Source: an uncultured Nitrospirales bacterium (lineage in GTDB: Bacteria; Hydrogenedentota; Hydrogenedentia; Hydrogenedentales; GCA-2746185). From it: DNA of 64,000 nt. Shown here in pieces: positions 9,087-18,295 of the stretch; the stretch's first letter is position 1, and the number at the start of each line of letters is the position of its first letter. The translations under genes were made by a program, and so were the position numbers. The notes under the pieces are model-generated. The model was not told the DNA's origin, made no database searches, and saw only the letters and a program-made list of their open reading frames with translations. The DNA is taken from contig CAZUJL010000011.1 of the NCBI GenBank assembly GCA_964620045.1, positions 31,477-95,476 on the forward strand, given 5' to 3'.

Positions 9087-9974
9087 ATGGACACTTCATT
9101 GTTGCGGGAAAAACTCGATGCGCTGTATGCGCGCCTCAACCGTCGCGCGTTCGTATCGCCCGACCCGCTCGAAGTCGTGTATCGCTATGAAGACCCGCGC
9201 GATCGGGAGGTTGCTGGATTAATCGCGGCGGGTCTGGCCTATGGCCGTGTCGCGCAGATTCTGCGCAACCTGCATGCCTTGCTCGATACGCTCGGGCCGT
9301 CGCCCGCGGCGCGAATCCGGCAAAAAGGGGGCGCGGCGCTCGCCGGTGCGCCGGAATTTCGCCATCGATGGACCGATGCTGCGGAAATGAGCGCCTTTCT
9401 CGATGCCATCGGCGAAGCGCTGCATCGGCACGGTTCGCTTGAAGCGTGTTTTCTCGCGCACCGTGCGGCGCACGCGGAACACACGCTCGGCGCGCTTGAA
9501 GGATTCACGCGTGAATTGCGCAAGGGCGGTCCGCCCACAAGCTTGCTCTCCGCGCCGGAAAAAGGCAGCGCGTGCAAGCGGCTTCATCTTTATCTGCGCT
9601 GGATGGTGCGCCGTGACGATGTCGATCCGGGTTGCTGGAAAACCGTGTCACCGCGGATGCTGCTCATCCCGCTCGACACGCACATGCACCGGCTTTCGCG
9701 CGCGCTGGGCCTCACCAAACGCAACCAGGCAAACCTTGCGACGGCAATCGAAATCACCGAAGCCTTCCGGCGCATCAACCCGGATGATCCGCTGAAATAC
9801 GATTTCGCGCTGACCCGGCTGGGAATTCGCGGCGAGCTCGATCCGCAGGATTTTCTGCGCGAATGCAATGTGCCACAGGCGCGGTTGCAAAAACTATGGC
9901 CGCGAAACGGGGCTACGCCGCGCGCGCCACGCCGGCCGGGACTGTCGACACGACGGACGTCGCCACGCCCGTGA
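9087..9974 (+). CDS. TIGR02757/DUF2400-family protein (distant HhH-GPD-like)
   Basis: Family recognised by eye, including an Endo III-like LIPLDTHMHRLSRALGL segment. The 3' end overlaps ispE convergently. Confidence 0.5.
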   Translation: MDTSLLREKLDALYARLNRRAFVSPDPLEVVYRYEDPRDREVAGLIAAGLAYGRVAQILRNLHALLDTLGPSPAARIRQKGGAALAGAPEFRHRWTDAAEMSAFLDAIGEALHRHGSLEACFLAHRAAHAEHTLGALEGFTRELRKGGPPTSLLSAPEKGSACKRLHLYLRWMVRRDDVDPGCWKTVSPRMLLIPLDTHMHRLSRALGLTKRNQANLATAIEITEAFRRINPDDPLKYDFALTRLGIRGELDPQDFLRECNVPQARLQKLWPRNGATPRAPRRPGLSTRRTSPRP

Positions 9975-10810
9975 ACTGTGCGGCCACGCGCTCGGCATGC
10001 GCGCGATCCTTGCACAACCCAAAGAGGGTCGGCCCGCTGCCGCTCATCAGCGCACCCGCACAGCCCGCATCGAGCAACCGCTGCTTCATCACGGCCAACT
10101 CGGGGTATTCCAAAAACACCGGTGTCTCCATCGCGTTGTAAAACACATCGGCAATCGCTCCGCGCGCGACTGCGCCGAGCACGCCTTCGAAACTCGGCGT
10201 GATGCCGTGGATGCGTTCCTCGCGGCTCTTGCGCAGCGCCGGATGGTTGTAGACGCGCGCGGCACTCACTTCGAGCGCGGGATGCAGCAACACGAACCAG
10301 CTCTCGCGCAACGGATCGAGCGCCTGCAAAACTTCGCCGCGGCCTATGCCACGCGCCGTGCCGCCGGACACCAAAAAAGGCACGTCGGATCCGATTTCGG
10401 CGCCGAGCGCGCGCAGCGATTCGCTGGAAAGGTTTGTCTGCCAGGACTCGTTCAGCGCGACCAACACGGCGGCCGCGTCCGTCGAGCCGCCGGCCAGTCC
10501 TGCTGCCACGGGAATCCGCTTGGTGAGCGCGATCCGTGCACCACGACCCGGGGCATGCCGATCGCGCAGCAGCGATGCCGCGCGCAACGCGAGGTTGTCA
10601 TCCTTCTCCAGCGCGGCGATGTTGCAGGTCAGCGTTAGTTCGCCGGCGGCCGGTGTAACGTGGATCTCGTCGGCAAGGCCGACGGTCTGAAAAATTGTTT
10701 CGATGTCATGGTATCCATCGGGTCGGCGATCGATCACCGACAGATACAGATTGATCTTCGCAAAGGCGTTGTAACGGGCCGGTGCACTCGCGGCCGACCG
10801 CGTGTCGGGC
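9913..10810 (-). CDS. ispE: 4-diphosphocytidyl-2-C-methyl-D-erythritol kinase
   Basis: N-terminal FAKINLYLSV...RRPDGYHDIETIF and the GHMP-kinase motif PVAAGLAGGSTDAAA. The start ATG overlaps the upstream stop (TAATG). Confidence 0.85.
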
Positions 10811-10811
10811 A

Positions 10812-12428
10812 TTAGGGCGCGTTCCCGCCCTTCTTCGCCGTCTGCGCCGGCTCGGCCAGGCAGCACGCACGACCCACCGCGTCGCGCACATCCTTCTTCG
10901 GCGTGCCAGTCACTTCCACGGGGCCTTCGTACGCGGAAATCGCGGTTGCCAGGTCTTTCGAGACGGTTGAAATTTTGTCCGTGTCCACTTGCACCGGGCC
11001 CGAAGACGCGCCATAGGCCACGAGCGCTTCCGTGGAATTAATCGCTTCGCGCCAGCGCGACAGTTCGCCGCCGATCGTGAGTGCCGGTGACGGCATCACC
11101 GGACGATCGCGCACGGCTTCCGACAACGCCTGGAAGGCGAACAGGTCCACCTGCGCGCGCGTCACGTTGAACTTTTCCAGCACGTCGTCTGGCATCGTGG
11201 ACGGGCCGACGACGAAGAACGTGTAGCCCATGCCCGCCAGTTTCTCGGCGGCTTTCTTCACCTGTTCGCGCGCCTGCGGCTTGCTCAAATCGAGCCAGCG
11301 CGTACCATCCGCGGCGGCCACGGTCCAATCCTTCGTCTCGTCCGTCGCCAGCGGATCAAACGTAATCCCCGGTTTCATGCCGCGCTTCACAAGTTCGCCG
11401 GCCACCTTGCTCATGTCTTTCGGGTAACCCGGTTCCTTGCCCTGCAACGAACCCGAGGCCGCCTGCCAACCCGCCGGCACCAGCACGTGGTCCACGGAAT
11501 GATCCACCCACGCCTCGGCGATTTTGTACACTTCGGCCGCGGGCGCACCGCGCTGCGCCGTCGCCCAGCCGCGCGGGGCCACCGGGCCTTGCGCAGGCTG
11601 ACGGCCTTGCGCATCCGCCCACGCGTAAAACTTCGAAACTTCGCCCGCCTGCGGCACAAACTGCGACATCCATACCGGGTCGCAGCCAACCTTCGTGCCC
11701 GGCTTGATCGCGAGCAGCGGCAAGTAGCGGCAATGCACGGCGCCCACATACGACTTGCCGGAGGGCTGGAGATCGACCGACGAATTCATCATGCCCGACT
11801 GCAGCAAGCCAATGCCGAGTGTCATCGCGGGTTTCTTCACTTCGAACACAACCAGGCCGGCCGAGGCGCCGTCGTTCACGACCGAGTAGTTGCCGCGGCG
11901 CTGTGTGCGCGCCTGGGTCACCACGGTCGCATCGCCGATATCGGCCACCGCGCCCGGATCGAACACCACCGGCCGCACTTCCTTGATCAGCACGGGTTTC
12001 TTACCCAGGTTTGTCATGTTCAGATGCACCAGCATCGCGGGGTGGTCCAGCAGCCGCGATACGGAGAAGTCGATTTCGAGCTCATCGGGCGTCACGAAGA
12101 CAGAATGGAAGCGGGTGCCCTTACCGAGCGGGCCATCGAAGGATTCCCGGGAATCGCGCACGGCCTTCAGCGAGCTCAGGCGCAGCACGCGGCCGTCGGC
12201 ATACTCCAGCTCGCACTGCGCGTCCTTCACGAGCACGCCCAAGCCGTTGACCTCGATCATCCATTCGGCGGTCTGCACGTCGACTTTCAGGACCGAACGA
12301 TCGCCCTCGAATGAATAGTGGTCACGCAGCGCCCACGGCTTGTAATCCGCTTTCGGCGCATCGGCCGCCATGGCAGCGCCAGCAACAGCCAGCAGCGCCA
12401 ACCCAAGGCACACCCGGAATTTACACAT
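10812..12428 (-). CDS. Secreted protein of unknown function
   Basis: Start at MCKFRVCLGLALLAVAGAAMA (signal peptide) with a GGGGG Shine-Dalgarno just upstream. Long, well-balanced ORF; translationally coupled to ispE. Confidence 0.6.
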   Translation of the reverse strand: MCKFRVCLGLALLAVAGAAMAADAPKADYKPWALRDHYSFEGDRSVLKVDVQTAEWMIEVNGLGVLVKDAQCELEYADGRVLRLSSLKAVRDSRESFDGPLGKGTRFHSVFVTPDELEIDFSVSRLLDHPAMLVHLNMTNLGKKPVLIKEVRPVVFDPGAVADIGDATVVTQARTQRRGNYSVVNDGASAGLVVFEVKKPAMTLGIGLLQSGMMNSSVDLQPSGKSYVGAVHCRYLPLLAIKPGTKVGCDPVWMSQFVPQAGEVSKFYAWADAQGRQPAQGPVAPRGWATAQRGAPAAEVYKIAEAWVDHSVDHVLVPAGWQAASGSLQGKEPGYPKDMSKVAGELVKRGMKPGITFDPLATDETKDWTVAAADGTRWLDLSKPQAREQVKKAAEKLAGMGYTFFVVGPSTMPDDVLEKFNVTRAQVDLFAFQALSEAVRDRPVMPSPALTIGGELSRWREAINSTEALVAYGASSGPVQVDTDKISTVSKDLATAISAYEGPVEVTGTPKKDVRDAVGRACCLAEPAQTAKKGGNAP

Positions 12429-12570
12429 GAATACCCCCTGAAAAACTGCCCCAAAAAGCCAGCCCATTTCCCTTTACATTATACCGGACTATCCGGCATC
12501 GTGTGTAAAACCGTCTTAAAGCGCGACGGGTCGGACTTGGTGCGCCGCGGTTGCGGCATGATGTGGATTT

Positions 12571-14340
12571 TTGGTGGAAAACCCGATCGGTAAAGGACTT
12601 GCAGACTTCGCGGCCGCCCTCAATCGGCTGGACGAAGCCCTCGTCCTTGCGCCCGGCCTACACGATCGTGTGTTCGGTGGCACCCAGCCTTGGCGCGACC
12701 TGCTGACCTACAAACTCGTGCCGCATATGGCGGGCGCGGGCTGCCTGGTCGCGGCGGTGACCGGGGGGACGAACACCGGCAAGTCCACGGTTTTTAACCT
12801 GATCATCGGCCGGGCCGCCAGCCCCATCGTGAACACGGCGGCCGCCACCTGCCACCCCGTGCTCGCGGCAAATGCGCAGCGCCGGGCCGAGTGCCTAGAA
12901 GCCAAGCTGGTGCCCGAGTTCCAGCCGCGTCCACTGGAAAACCCCGGTCAGGCGACCGATGGCAGCTTGCCGGCCGAGGCGTTGTTCGTGGTGCTGGAAC
13001 CGTCCCTGCCGGATCACCTCGTCGTCATGGACACGCCCGATATCGACTCGATCGAAAAGCGCAACTGGGATGTCGCCGCGCATTTGCGCGCCGCGGGCGA
13101 CGTGATGGTGGCGGTGCTCACGGGCGATAAATACAAAGACGAGCGCGTGGTGGACTTTTTCCGGCATGCGGTCGCCGCCGACCGTGTTGTGATCCCGGTG
13201 ATGAACAAGGCCAACCCGGAAAACAGTTTCGATGTCGCGCGGCGGCAGCTCGCCGAGTTCCGCAAGGACACCGGCACAAGCGCTCCGGGATTCACGATTG
13301 CCCACGACTTCCACATCGGCAACAACCTGAAGCGGCCGATCGCGGCGATCGACGGCGCGGGCGATCTGCGCGCACACCTCGAATCGCTGGATGTGCCCGC
13401 GATCAAAGCGCGTGTGTACGAAGGAACAGTCCGCCGTTTCGCCAGTGAAGCGGAGGGGTTTCTTGCCAATCTTGAGATGAATGCCGGCGGCCTGCAACAG
13501 GTCACTTCGGCCTTTCACACGATTGCCGAGACCGCTTCGCACCAGTACGATCCGGCCCCCGGCAAGGAAGTCGGCGGACTCTTCCACGCCTTTGTGCAGT
13601 CCAAGCGCGGGCCGGTCCGCCGCACGATCGGGGCCACCAGCGCCACGTTTGCGCGGGGCGTCGGCGCGGCGGGGCGGTTCGTGCGTTCGGCGTTCGTCAA
13701 GCGCGCCACGATGGACTCGCCCGAAGACGAACAGGCCACGGATGCGCTGCACGCGGTGCACCGTGAAACCATCACGCGGATCGCGCGCGAAACCGCCGCC
13801 GCCTGCGCCGAGCGCGCGCGCACGATCGCCTCGCCGGCGCGCGAGATGATCGGGAATCGTTTCGAGCAGCTCGATGCCGAAGCCGCGGCCGAGGCCGTTG
13901 CCGCGGAGGTATTGAAAGCCGTCCCGGTTTCGGAAGCCTTTGCACAACACGCGCAGCAGATGCTCGAAACCTGGTGGACCGATCACAAAGGCCGCCGCCG
14001 CGCCCTCGAAGCGCTTGACGCGGTGCTCGCCGTGATGCCGGCCGCGATCGCCGCGCCTTTTGCCTTGCACACCGGCGGCCTCGGCGCCGCCGAGGCCGTG
14101 TTGCTGGCGGGACCCGTCGCCGCGCAGTTCGCCACGCGCGTGATGGAATTCCAGTTCGGCGACGCGCTCTTCGATTTCCTTTCGCCGTGGAAAGCCGAGC
14201 AGCAGACACGCCTGCGCGACGCGCTGCTGCGCCATATCGTCCATGCCGGCACGCAGCCGGTGGACGCCGCGGTCGACGCCATGTCTGGCGACAATGCCGC
14301 CCAGCTTAGGAGCGCCCTCGACGCATGCCATACTCGCTAA
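12571..14340 (+). CDS. Bacterial dynamin-like GTPase (first of a pair)
   Basis: P-loop GGTNTGKST, DTPDIDS (G3), NKAN (G4-like), and a long helical C-terminal region. Confidence 0.75.
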   Translation: MVENPIGKGLADFAAALNRLDEALVLAPGLHDRVFGGTQPWRDLLTYKLVPHMAGAGCLVAAVTGGTNTGKSTVFNLIIGRAASPIVNTAAATCHPVLAANAQRRAECLEAKLVPEFQPRPLENPGQATDGSLPAEALFVVLEPSLPDHLVVMDTPDIDSIEKRNWDVAAHLRAAGDVMVAVLTGDKYKDERVVDFFRHAVAADRVVIPVMNKANPENSFDVARRQLAEFRKDTGTSAPGFTIAHDFHIGNNLKRPIAAIDGAGDLRAHLESLDVPAIKARVYEGTVRRFASEAEGFLANLEMNAGGLQQVTSAFHTIAETASHQYDPAPGKEVGGLFHAFVQSKRGPVRRTIGATSATFARGVGAAGRFVRSAFVKRATMDSPEDEQATDALHAVHRETITRIARETAAACAERARTIASPAREMIGNRFEQLDAEAAAEAVAAEVLKAVPVSEAFAQHAQQMLETWWTDHKGRRRALEALDAVLAVMPAAIAAPFALHTGGLGAAEAVLLAGPVAAQFATRVMEFQFGDALFDFLSPWKAEQQTRLRDALLRHIVHAGTQPVDAAVDAMSGDNAAQLRSALDACHTR

Positions 14341-15980
14341 CCGATCTCTTCCGCCAGCTCGAGGGTCTCGCCGCGTACCAAGGACCCTGGGCGCCGCTGC
14401 GGCAGGAAGCCCCGCTGTTGCAGACGCGGCTGGCGGAACTCCGCGAGCGCGAGGTGCGGTTGGACGACCTGCTTGTGGTCGCGCTGGTGGGCGGTTCGGG
14501 TGTGGGCAAATCGACGCTGCTGAACGCGCTCGCCGGCGATGAACTCGCCAAAACGTCCGAGTTCCGCCCCTGCACTTCGGTGCCGACCGTCTACCATCCG
14601 CCGGGCGCGCGTCTGCCGTTTGGCGAAGGCTGGGTGGCGAAATCCGGCTCGGCGCTGGAACATCTCGTGATTGTCGACACGCCCGACTCCGACACGATCG
14701 CGCGCGAGCATCGCGTACTGGTGCAGGCGGCGTTGCGCGAATGCGACTTGATCCTCGTCTGCGCGGATTCGGAGAAATATCTCGACGAGGCCACGTGGTC
14801 GCTGCTGCGTCCGCTGAAGGACGAGCGCGCGCTTGTGTGCGTGGAAACCAAAGGCTCACCGGCGGCCAGCATCCGCGAGGATTGGCTGCGCCGGCTCAAA
14901 GCCGAAGGCTTCCGTGTCTCTGGGTATTTCCGCGTGAACAGCACGCGCACCTTTGACCGCAAGATTTCCGGGCGCGCGCCGGCGGCTGACGAATACGAGT
15001 TCCAGGGTCTTGAGACCTTTCTCGCGAACGAACTGACCGCCGACCGCATCCGCCGAATCAAGCGCTCGAACACGGCCGGGTTGCTGACGAAAACCGTGCG
15101 CACGCTCGACGAGCGCGTGGCCGCGCGTACGCCCGATCTCGCCCGCGCCGATCAGGTATTGCGCGAAGCGGAGACGGCCCTCGCCAAGGACGGTTTCGAC
15201 GTCGTCCGGCGGCGGCTGTTCAGCGAGCCGCATCTGTGGAACTACGCGCTGGGCCGTGAAATCAGCGTGCGCTCCAAGGGCGTTGTCGGCCTGTTGTACC
15301 GCGTGGTGGAGGCTGCGCGCTCATTGCCGGCGCGCTTGGCGGGTTGGTCGCCGTGGTCGCTGCGCTCCACAACCGGCCATCGCGCGGCGACGCTGCTTGG
15401 CGAAGGCGGCCTGCTCGACGCGCCGCTCGATCTCGGCTCTACCGAATTGCGGCGGCGCTTCGACGATCACGCGAGCACCGTGCGTGTGGCGCTGGCCCAG
15501 GCCGGTTTCGATGGCGGCGCGGATACGCAAAATTTTGATCGGTACGCGGCGGTGCTCGCGCGCGGCGTGGAGGAGGTCCTGCGCGGGCCGGCGCGCGAAC
15601 GCGTGGTGGCGCGCGCCCGAATCCTGAGCAGTTGGCCGATCGCGCTGGTGCTGGATGCCGCGCCGATCGCGTTTTTCGGCTACTCGGCGTATGCGCTGGT
15701 GCGCGATTACTTCTCGCAGGTGTATTGGAGCGCGGGCGAACTGGTGCATGCCGCGACGGTGCTGGGCATCATCCTCGCCGCGGAGCTGCTGTTGTTTTCG
15801 ATCGCGACTCGCATGCTTGCGTGGGGCGCACGCACGGGCGCGTCACGCGATTTACGCCTCGCCTTGGCGCCGGGCATCGCGGCGTTTACCGATGAACACG
15901 GGGCCATCGCACACGCGCAGGCCCTCGCCGCGGAGATTCAGGCTATCCAGCACAGCCTCGATCACGAAGCTGCGCGGTAG
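14325..15980 (+). CDS. Bacterial dynamin-like GTPase (second of a pair) with C-terminal hydrophobic segments
   Basis: P-loop GGSGVGKSTLLNAL and DTPDSD. Its start overlaps the upstream stop by 16 nt. Two predicted transmembrane/paddle segments near the C-terminus. Confidence 0.75.
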   Translation: MPYSLTDLFRQLEGLAAYQGPWAPLRQEAPLLQTRLAELREREVRLDDLLVVALVGGSGVGKSTLLNALAGDELAKTSEFRPCTSVPTVYHPPGARLPFGEGWVAKSGSALEHLVIVDTPDSDTIAREHRVLVQAALRECDLILVCADSEKYLDEATWSLLRPLKDERALVCVETKGSPAASIREDWLRRLKAEGFRVSGYFRVNSTRTFDRKISGRAPAADEYEFQGLETFLANELTADRIRRIKRSNTAGLLTKTVRTLDERVAARTPDLARADQVLREAETALAKDGFDVVRRRLFSEPHLWNYALGREISVRSKGVVGLLYRVVEAARSLPARLAGWSPWSLRSTTGHRAATLLGEGGLLDAPLDLGSTELRRRFDDHASTVRVALAQAGFDGGADTQNFDRYAAVLARGVEEVLRGPARERVVARARILSSWPIALVLDAAPIAFFGYSAYALVRDYFSQVYWSAGELVHAATVLGIILAAELLLFSIATRMLAWGARTGASRDLRLALAPGIAAFTDEHGAIAHAQALAAEIQAIQHSLDHEAAR

Positions 15981-15986
15981 CGTCCA

Positions 15987-17984
15987 TTAGTTCGACGGCG
16001 CCGGGTTTTCCGCAGCCGGTGTTTCCGCAGCGGGCGCTGCAGCGCCTTCAGCCGGAGCAGCTTCTGGAGCGATCTGAACTTCTGGCGTATCGGCGGCCGG
16101 GGCCGACGCAGTCGCCGGCGCCGCGGCCGGGGTCGTCGACAGCGGTTCAATCTGCAGAATCTGGTAAATCAGGTCTTCGTCTTCCTGCACCAGCGCCGCA
16201 TCGACGAATTTCGTGCGCAACTGCTGCATGTAATCCATCTGCAACTGCTGGCGGCGCGTGCGCACGACGTCCTCGCGAATGGCGGCCTTTTCCGTGGCGT
16301 ACTGCTGTTCCCACGTATCGCCCTCGGGCACGGTTTTCTCCACCACTTCGACGAAATGCGGGATCTGCAGCATGTCGTAAATCGGGCCGCCGAACTCGCC
16401 GGGGTTCTTGTTTACCAGGCGCTCGAGGAGCCGCCGGCCTTCCATGAACAGGCCCTGCTGGAACAGCATGTCGTTCAGACCGAAGGATTCGGTTTCCTTG
16501 ATTTCGACGTCCAGCTCGGGGAATTTCGCCTTCATGTCCTCCAGGCTCTTGCACTCCTGCTGGACCTTGATCACGTATTCGGCGACTTTTTGCCGGTAGT
16601 CGGGCGTTTGTTTTTGCTGCGCGACCGCGGACAGGCGCGCGTCTTCTTTTGCTTCCTCGTACGCACGCTGCGCGGGCGGCACGATCTCGACGATCTCGGC
16701 CACGTACACGTTGTGCGTGCCTTCGATCACCGGCGACACAATACCCATGGTGAGCTGCAGGGCATTGCTGCGGAAGGCCAGCATGTCTGCCTCGTCGATG
16801 TTTTCAATTTCAGAGGACTTATTGCTGAACCGACCGGTCTTCTTGGCTTCGAGGCCCTCGGCGGTGGCCAGCGCCGCGATGCTCAGCGACTCGGCCTTCG
16901 CTTTCGCGGAAAGCGCCGTCGCGCGTTCCATCCGCGCGGCGCGTTCCGCATCCGGCAGCTCCGCGCGCAGCACGATTTGCCGTGCTTTCACTTCGCGCAC
17001 GCCGTCCACAGTACGGGTTTCTTCAACTTTGTAGATGTGCCAGCCGATGAAGCTCTCGATCGGGCCGCGGATTTCGCCGACGGCCATTTCGAACAGCGGC
17101 TTTTCGTGGTCGCGCAGCGCGGGGGATTCCTTGATCCACTCCATCTCGCCGCCCTTGTCCGCGTCGATGCCTGAGGAATTTGTGCGCGCCAGTTCGGCGA
17201 AGTCCTCTCCGTTCTTGGCGCGGGTGATGAGTTCCTCCGCGAGAGGCGGCACGGGCGCGCGCAGCGAAATCGCGATGAAATCCGCCGTGCGTTCTTCCGG
17301 CGTCATGAATTCGACGAGGTTGGCGTCGTAGTAGGCCTTGATCTGTTCTTCGGTGAGTTCAACCTTCGGCGCGACCGCGGCGGCCTTCACTTTCATCGTG
17401 GTGTTGCGCGCGTAGAACTGCTGCTTTACTTCGCTCTCGGGCACGCGCACCGCGGCGCCAATCAAGGCCATGTACTTCTGGCGGTTGACCTGCTCGGCCA
17501 TGCCGGCGAAGATCTCGTCCCAGTTCGCGCGAACCTGGTTCTGGCGCTCCACCCACTGGTTGTACAGGCCCGGATCGAATTCCCCTTTTTCATTCTGGAA
17601 GCTGGGGTCCTTGCGCAGGGCGTCTTCCAAATACGCCTGGCTCGGGTGAATCGGTTCGTGCTTCGTCTTTTCGGTCACCAGCGCTTCTTCAATCAGCGCG
17701 TCCATGATCAGGCCGACCGTGCCGTCGTCCACCATGTCGCGCGCGCTCGCCGGCTGGCCGAACTGATTGCGCTGGTCTTGCACCATCATGTAGCGGTTCA
17801 CGAAGGTCTGCGCGGTGACGGGTGTCTTGCCGACCATCGCCACCGGCTGCTCCGCCGAGGCGCCTCCGCGGAAACGGTTCAGCTTGTTCACGCCGGGGAT
17901 GAAGAGCAGCATCGGCACGCCGATAAACAGCAGAATGAAAAGGCCCACAAGGCTCTTGTGGCGGTGAAGTTGGTTCAAAAGCAC
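15987..17984 (-). CDS. ppiD: Periplasmic chaperone PpiD/SurA-like with a parvulin PPIase domain
   Basis: N-terminal TM anchor, SurA_N-like region, a parvulin-like segment (GGEMEWIKESPA...) and an acidic/Ala-Pro-rich tail. Confidence 0.7.
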   Translation of the reverse strand: MLLNQLHRHKSLVGLFILLFIGVPMLLFIPGVNKLNRFRGGASAEQPVAMVGKTPVTAQTFVNRYMMVQDQRNQFGQPASARDMVDDGTVGLIMDALIEEALVTEKTKHEPIHPSQAYLEDALRKDPSFQNEKGEFDPGLYNQWVERQNQVRANWDEIFAGMAEQVNRQKYMALIGAAVRVPESEVKQQFYARNTTMKVKAAAVAPKVELTEEQIKAYYDANLVEFMTPEERTADFIAISLRAPVPPLAEELITRAKNGEDFAELARTNSSGIDADKGGEMEWIKESPALRDHEKPLFEMAVGEIRGPIESFIGWHIYKVEETRTVDGVREVKARQIVLRAELPDAERAARMERATALSAKAKAESLSIAALATAEGLEAKKTGRFSNKSSEIENIDEADMLAFRSNALQLTMGIVSPVIEGTHNVYVAEIVEIVPPAQRAYEEAKEDARLSAVAQQKQTPDYRQKVAEYVIKVQQECKSLEDMKAKFPELDVEIKETESFGLNDMLFQQGLFMEGRRLLERLVNKNPGEFGGPIYDMLQIPHFVEVVEKTVPEGDTWEQQYATEKAAIREDVVRTRRQQLQMDYMQQLRTKFVDAALVQEDEDLIYQILQIEPLSTTPAAAPATASAPAADTPEVQIAPEAAPAEGAAAPAAETPAAENPAPSN

Positions 17985-18209
17985 GCGGAAAACTCCTTCG
18001 CTTTACAGTGGTCGGCGCTGCGCTGCACGTCGCCCCGATACAGGCGCGCATCCAAGCCGAGTAGGCTACCACACGCCGAAAAACCCTTCAAAGCCCGGCC
18101 CGCCTGCGCGGCGAGGCATGCTCGGGCGTCCCGGAGCGCGGCGCGCGCGTTGACTCATGCCGGAACGCACCGTATAATTCCCGTTCTGCCGCAAGACCGC
18201 GTTTTTCGT

Positions 18210-18285
18210 GGGGGTATAGCTCAGTTGGGAGAGCGCTTCGCTGGCAGCGAAGAGGTCAGGGGTTCGACTCCCCTTACCTCCACCA
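18210..18285 (+). tRNA. tRNA-Ala (anticodon GGC)
   Basis: Manual fold: GGGGGTA acceptor, D-arm GCTCAGTTGGGAGAGC, anticodon loop CTGGCAG, T-arm GGTTCGACTCC, CCA encoded. Confidence 0.85.
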
Positions 18286-18295
18286 CTTACGCGGT

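Noticed and set aside
12895-14859. 654-aa minus-strand ORF spanning both dynamin-like GTPase genes
   Set aside because: Extreme Arg/Pro/Ala composition with no motifs; an antisense artefact of high GC.
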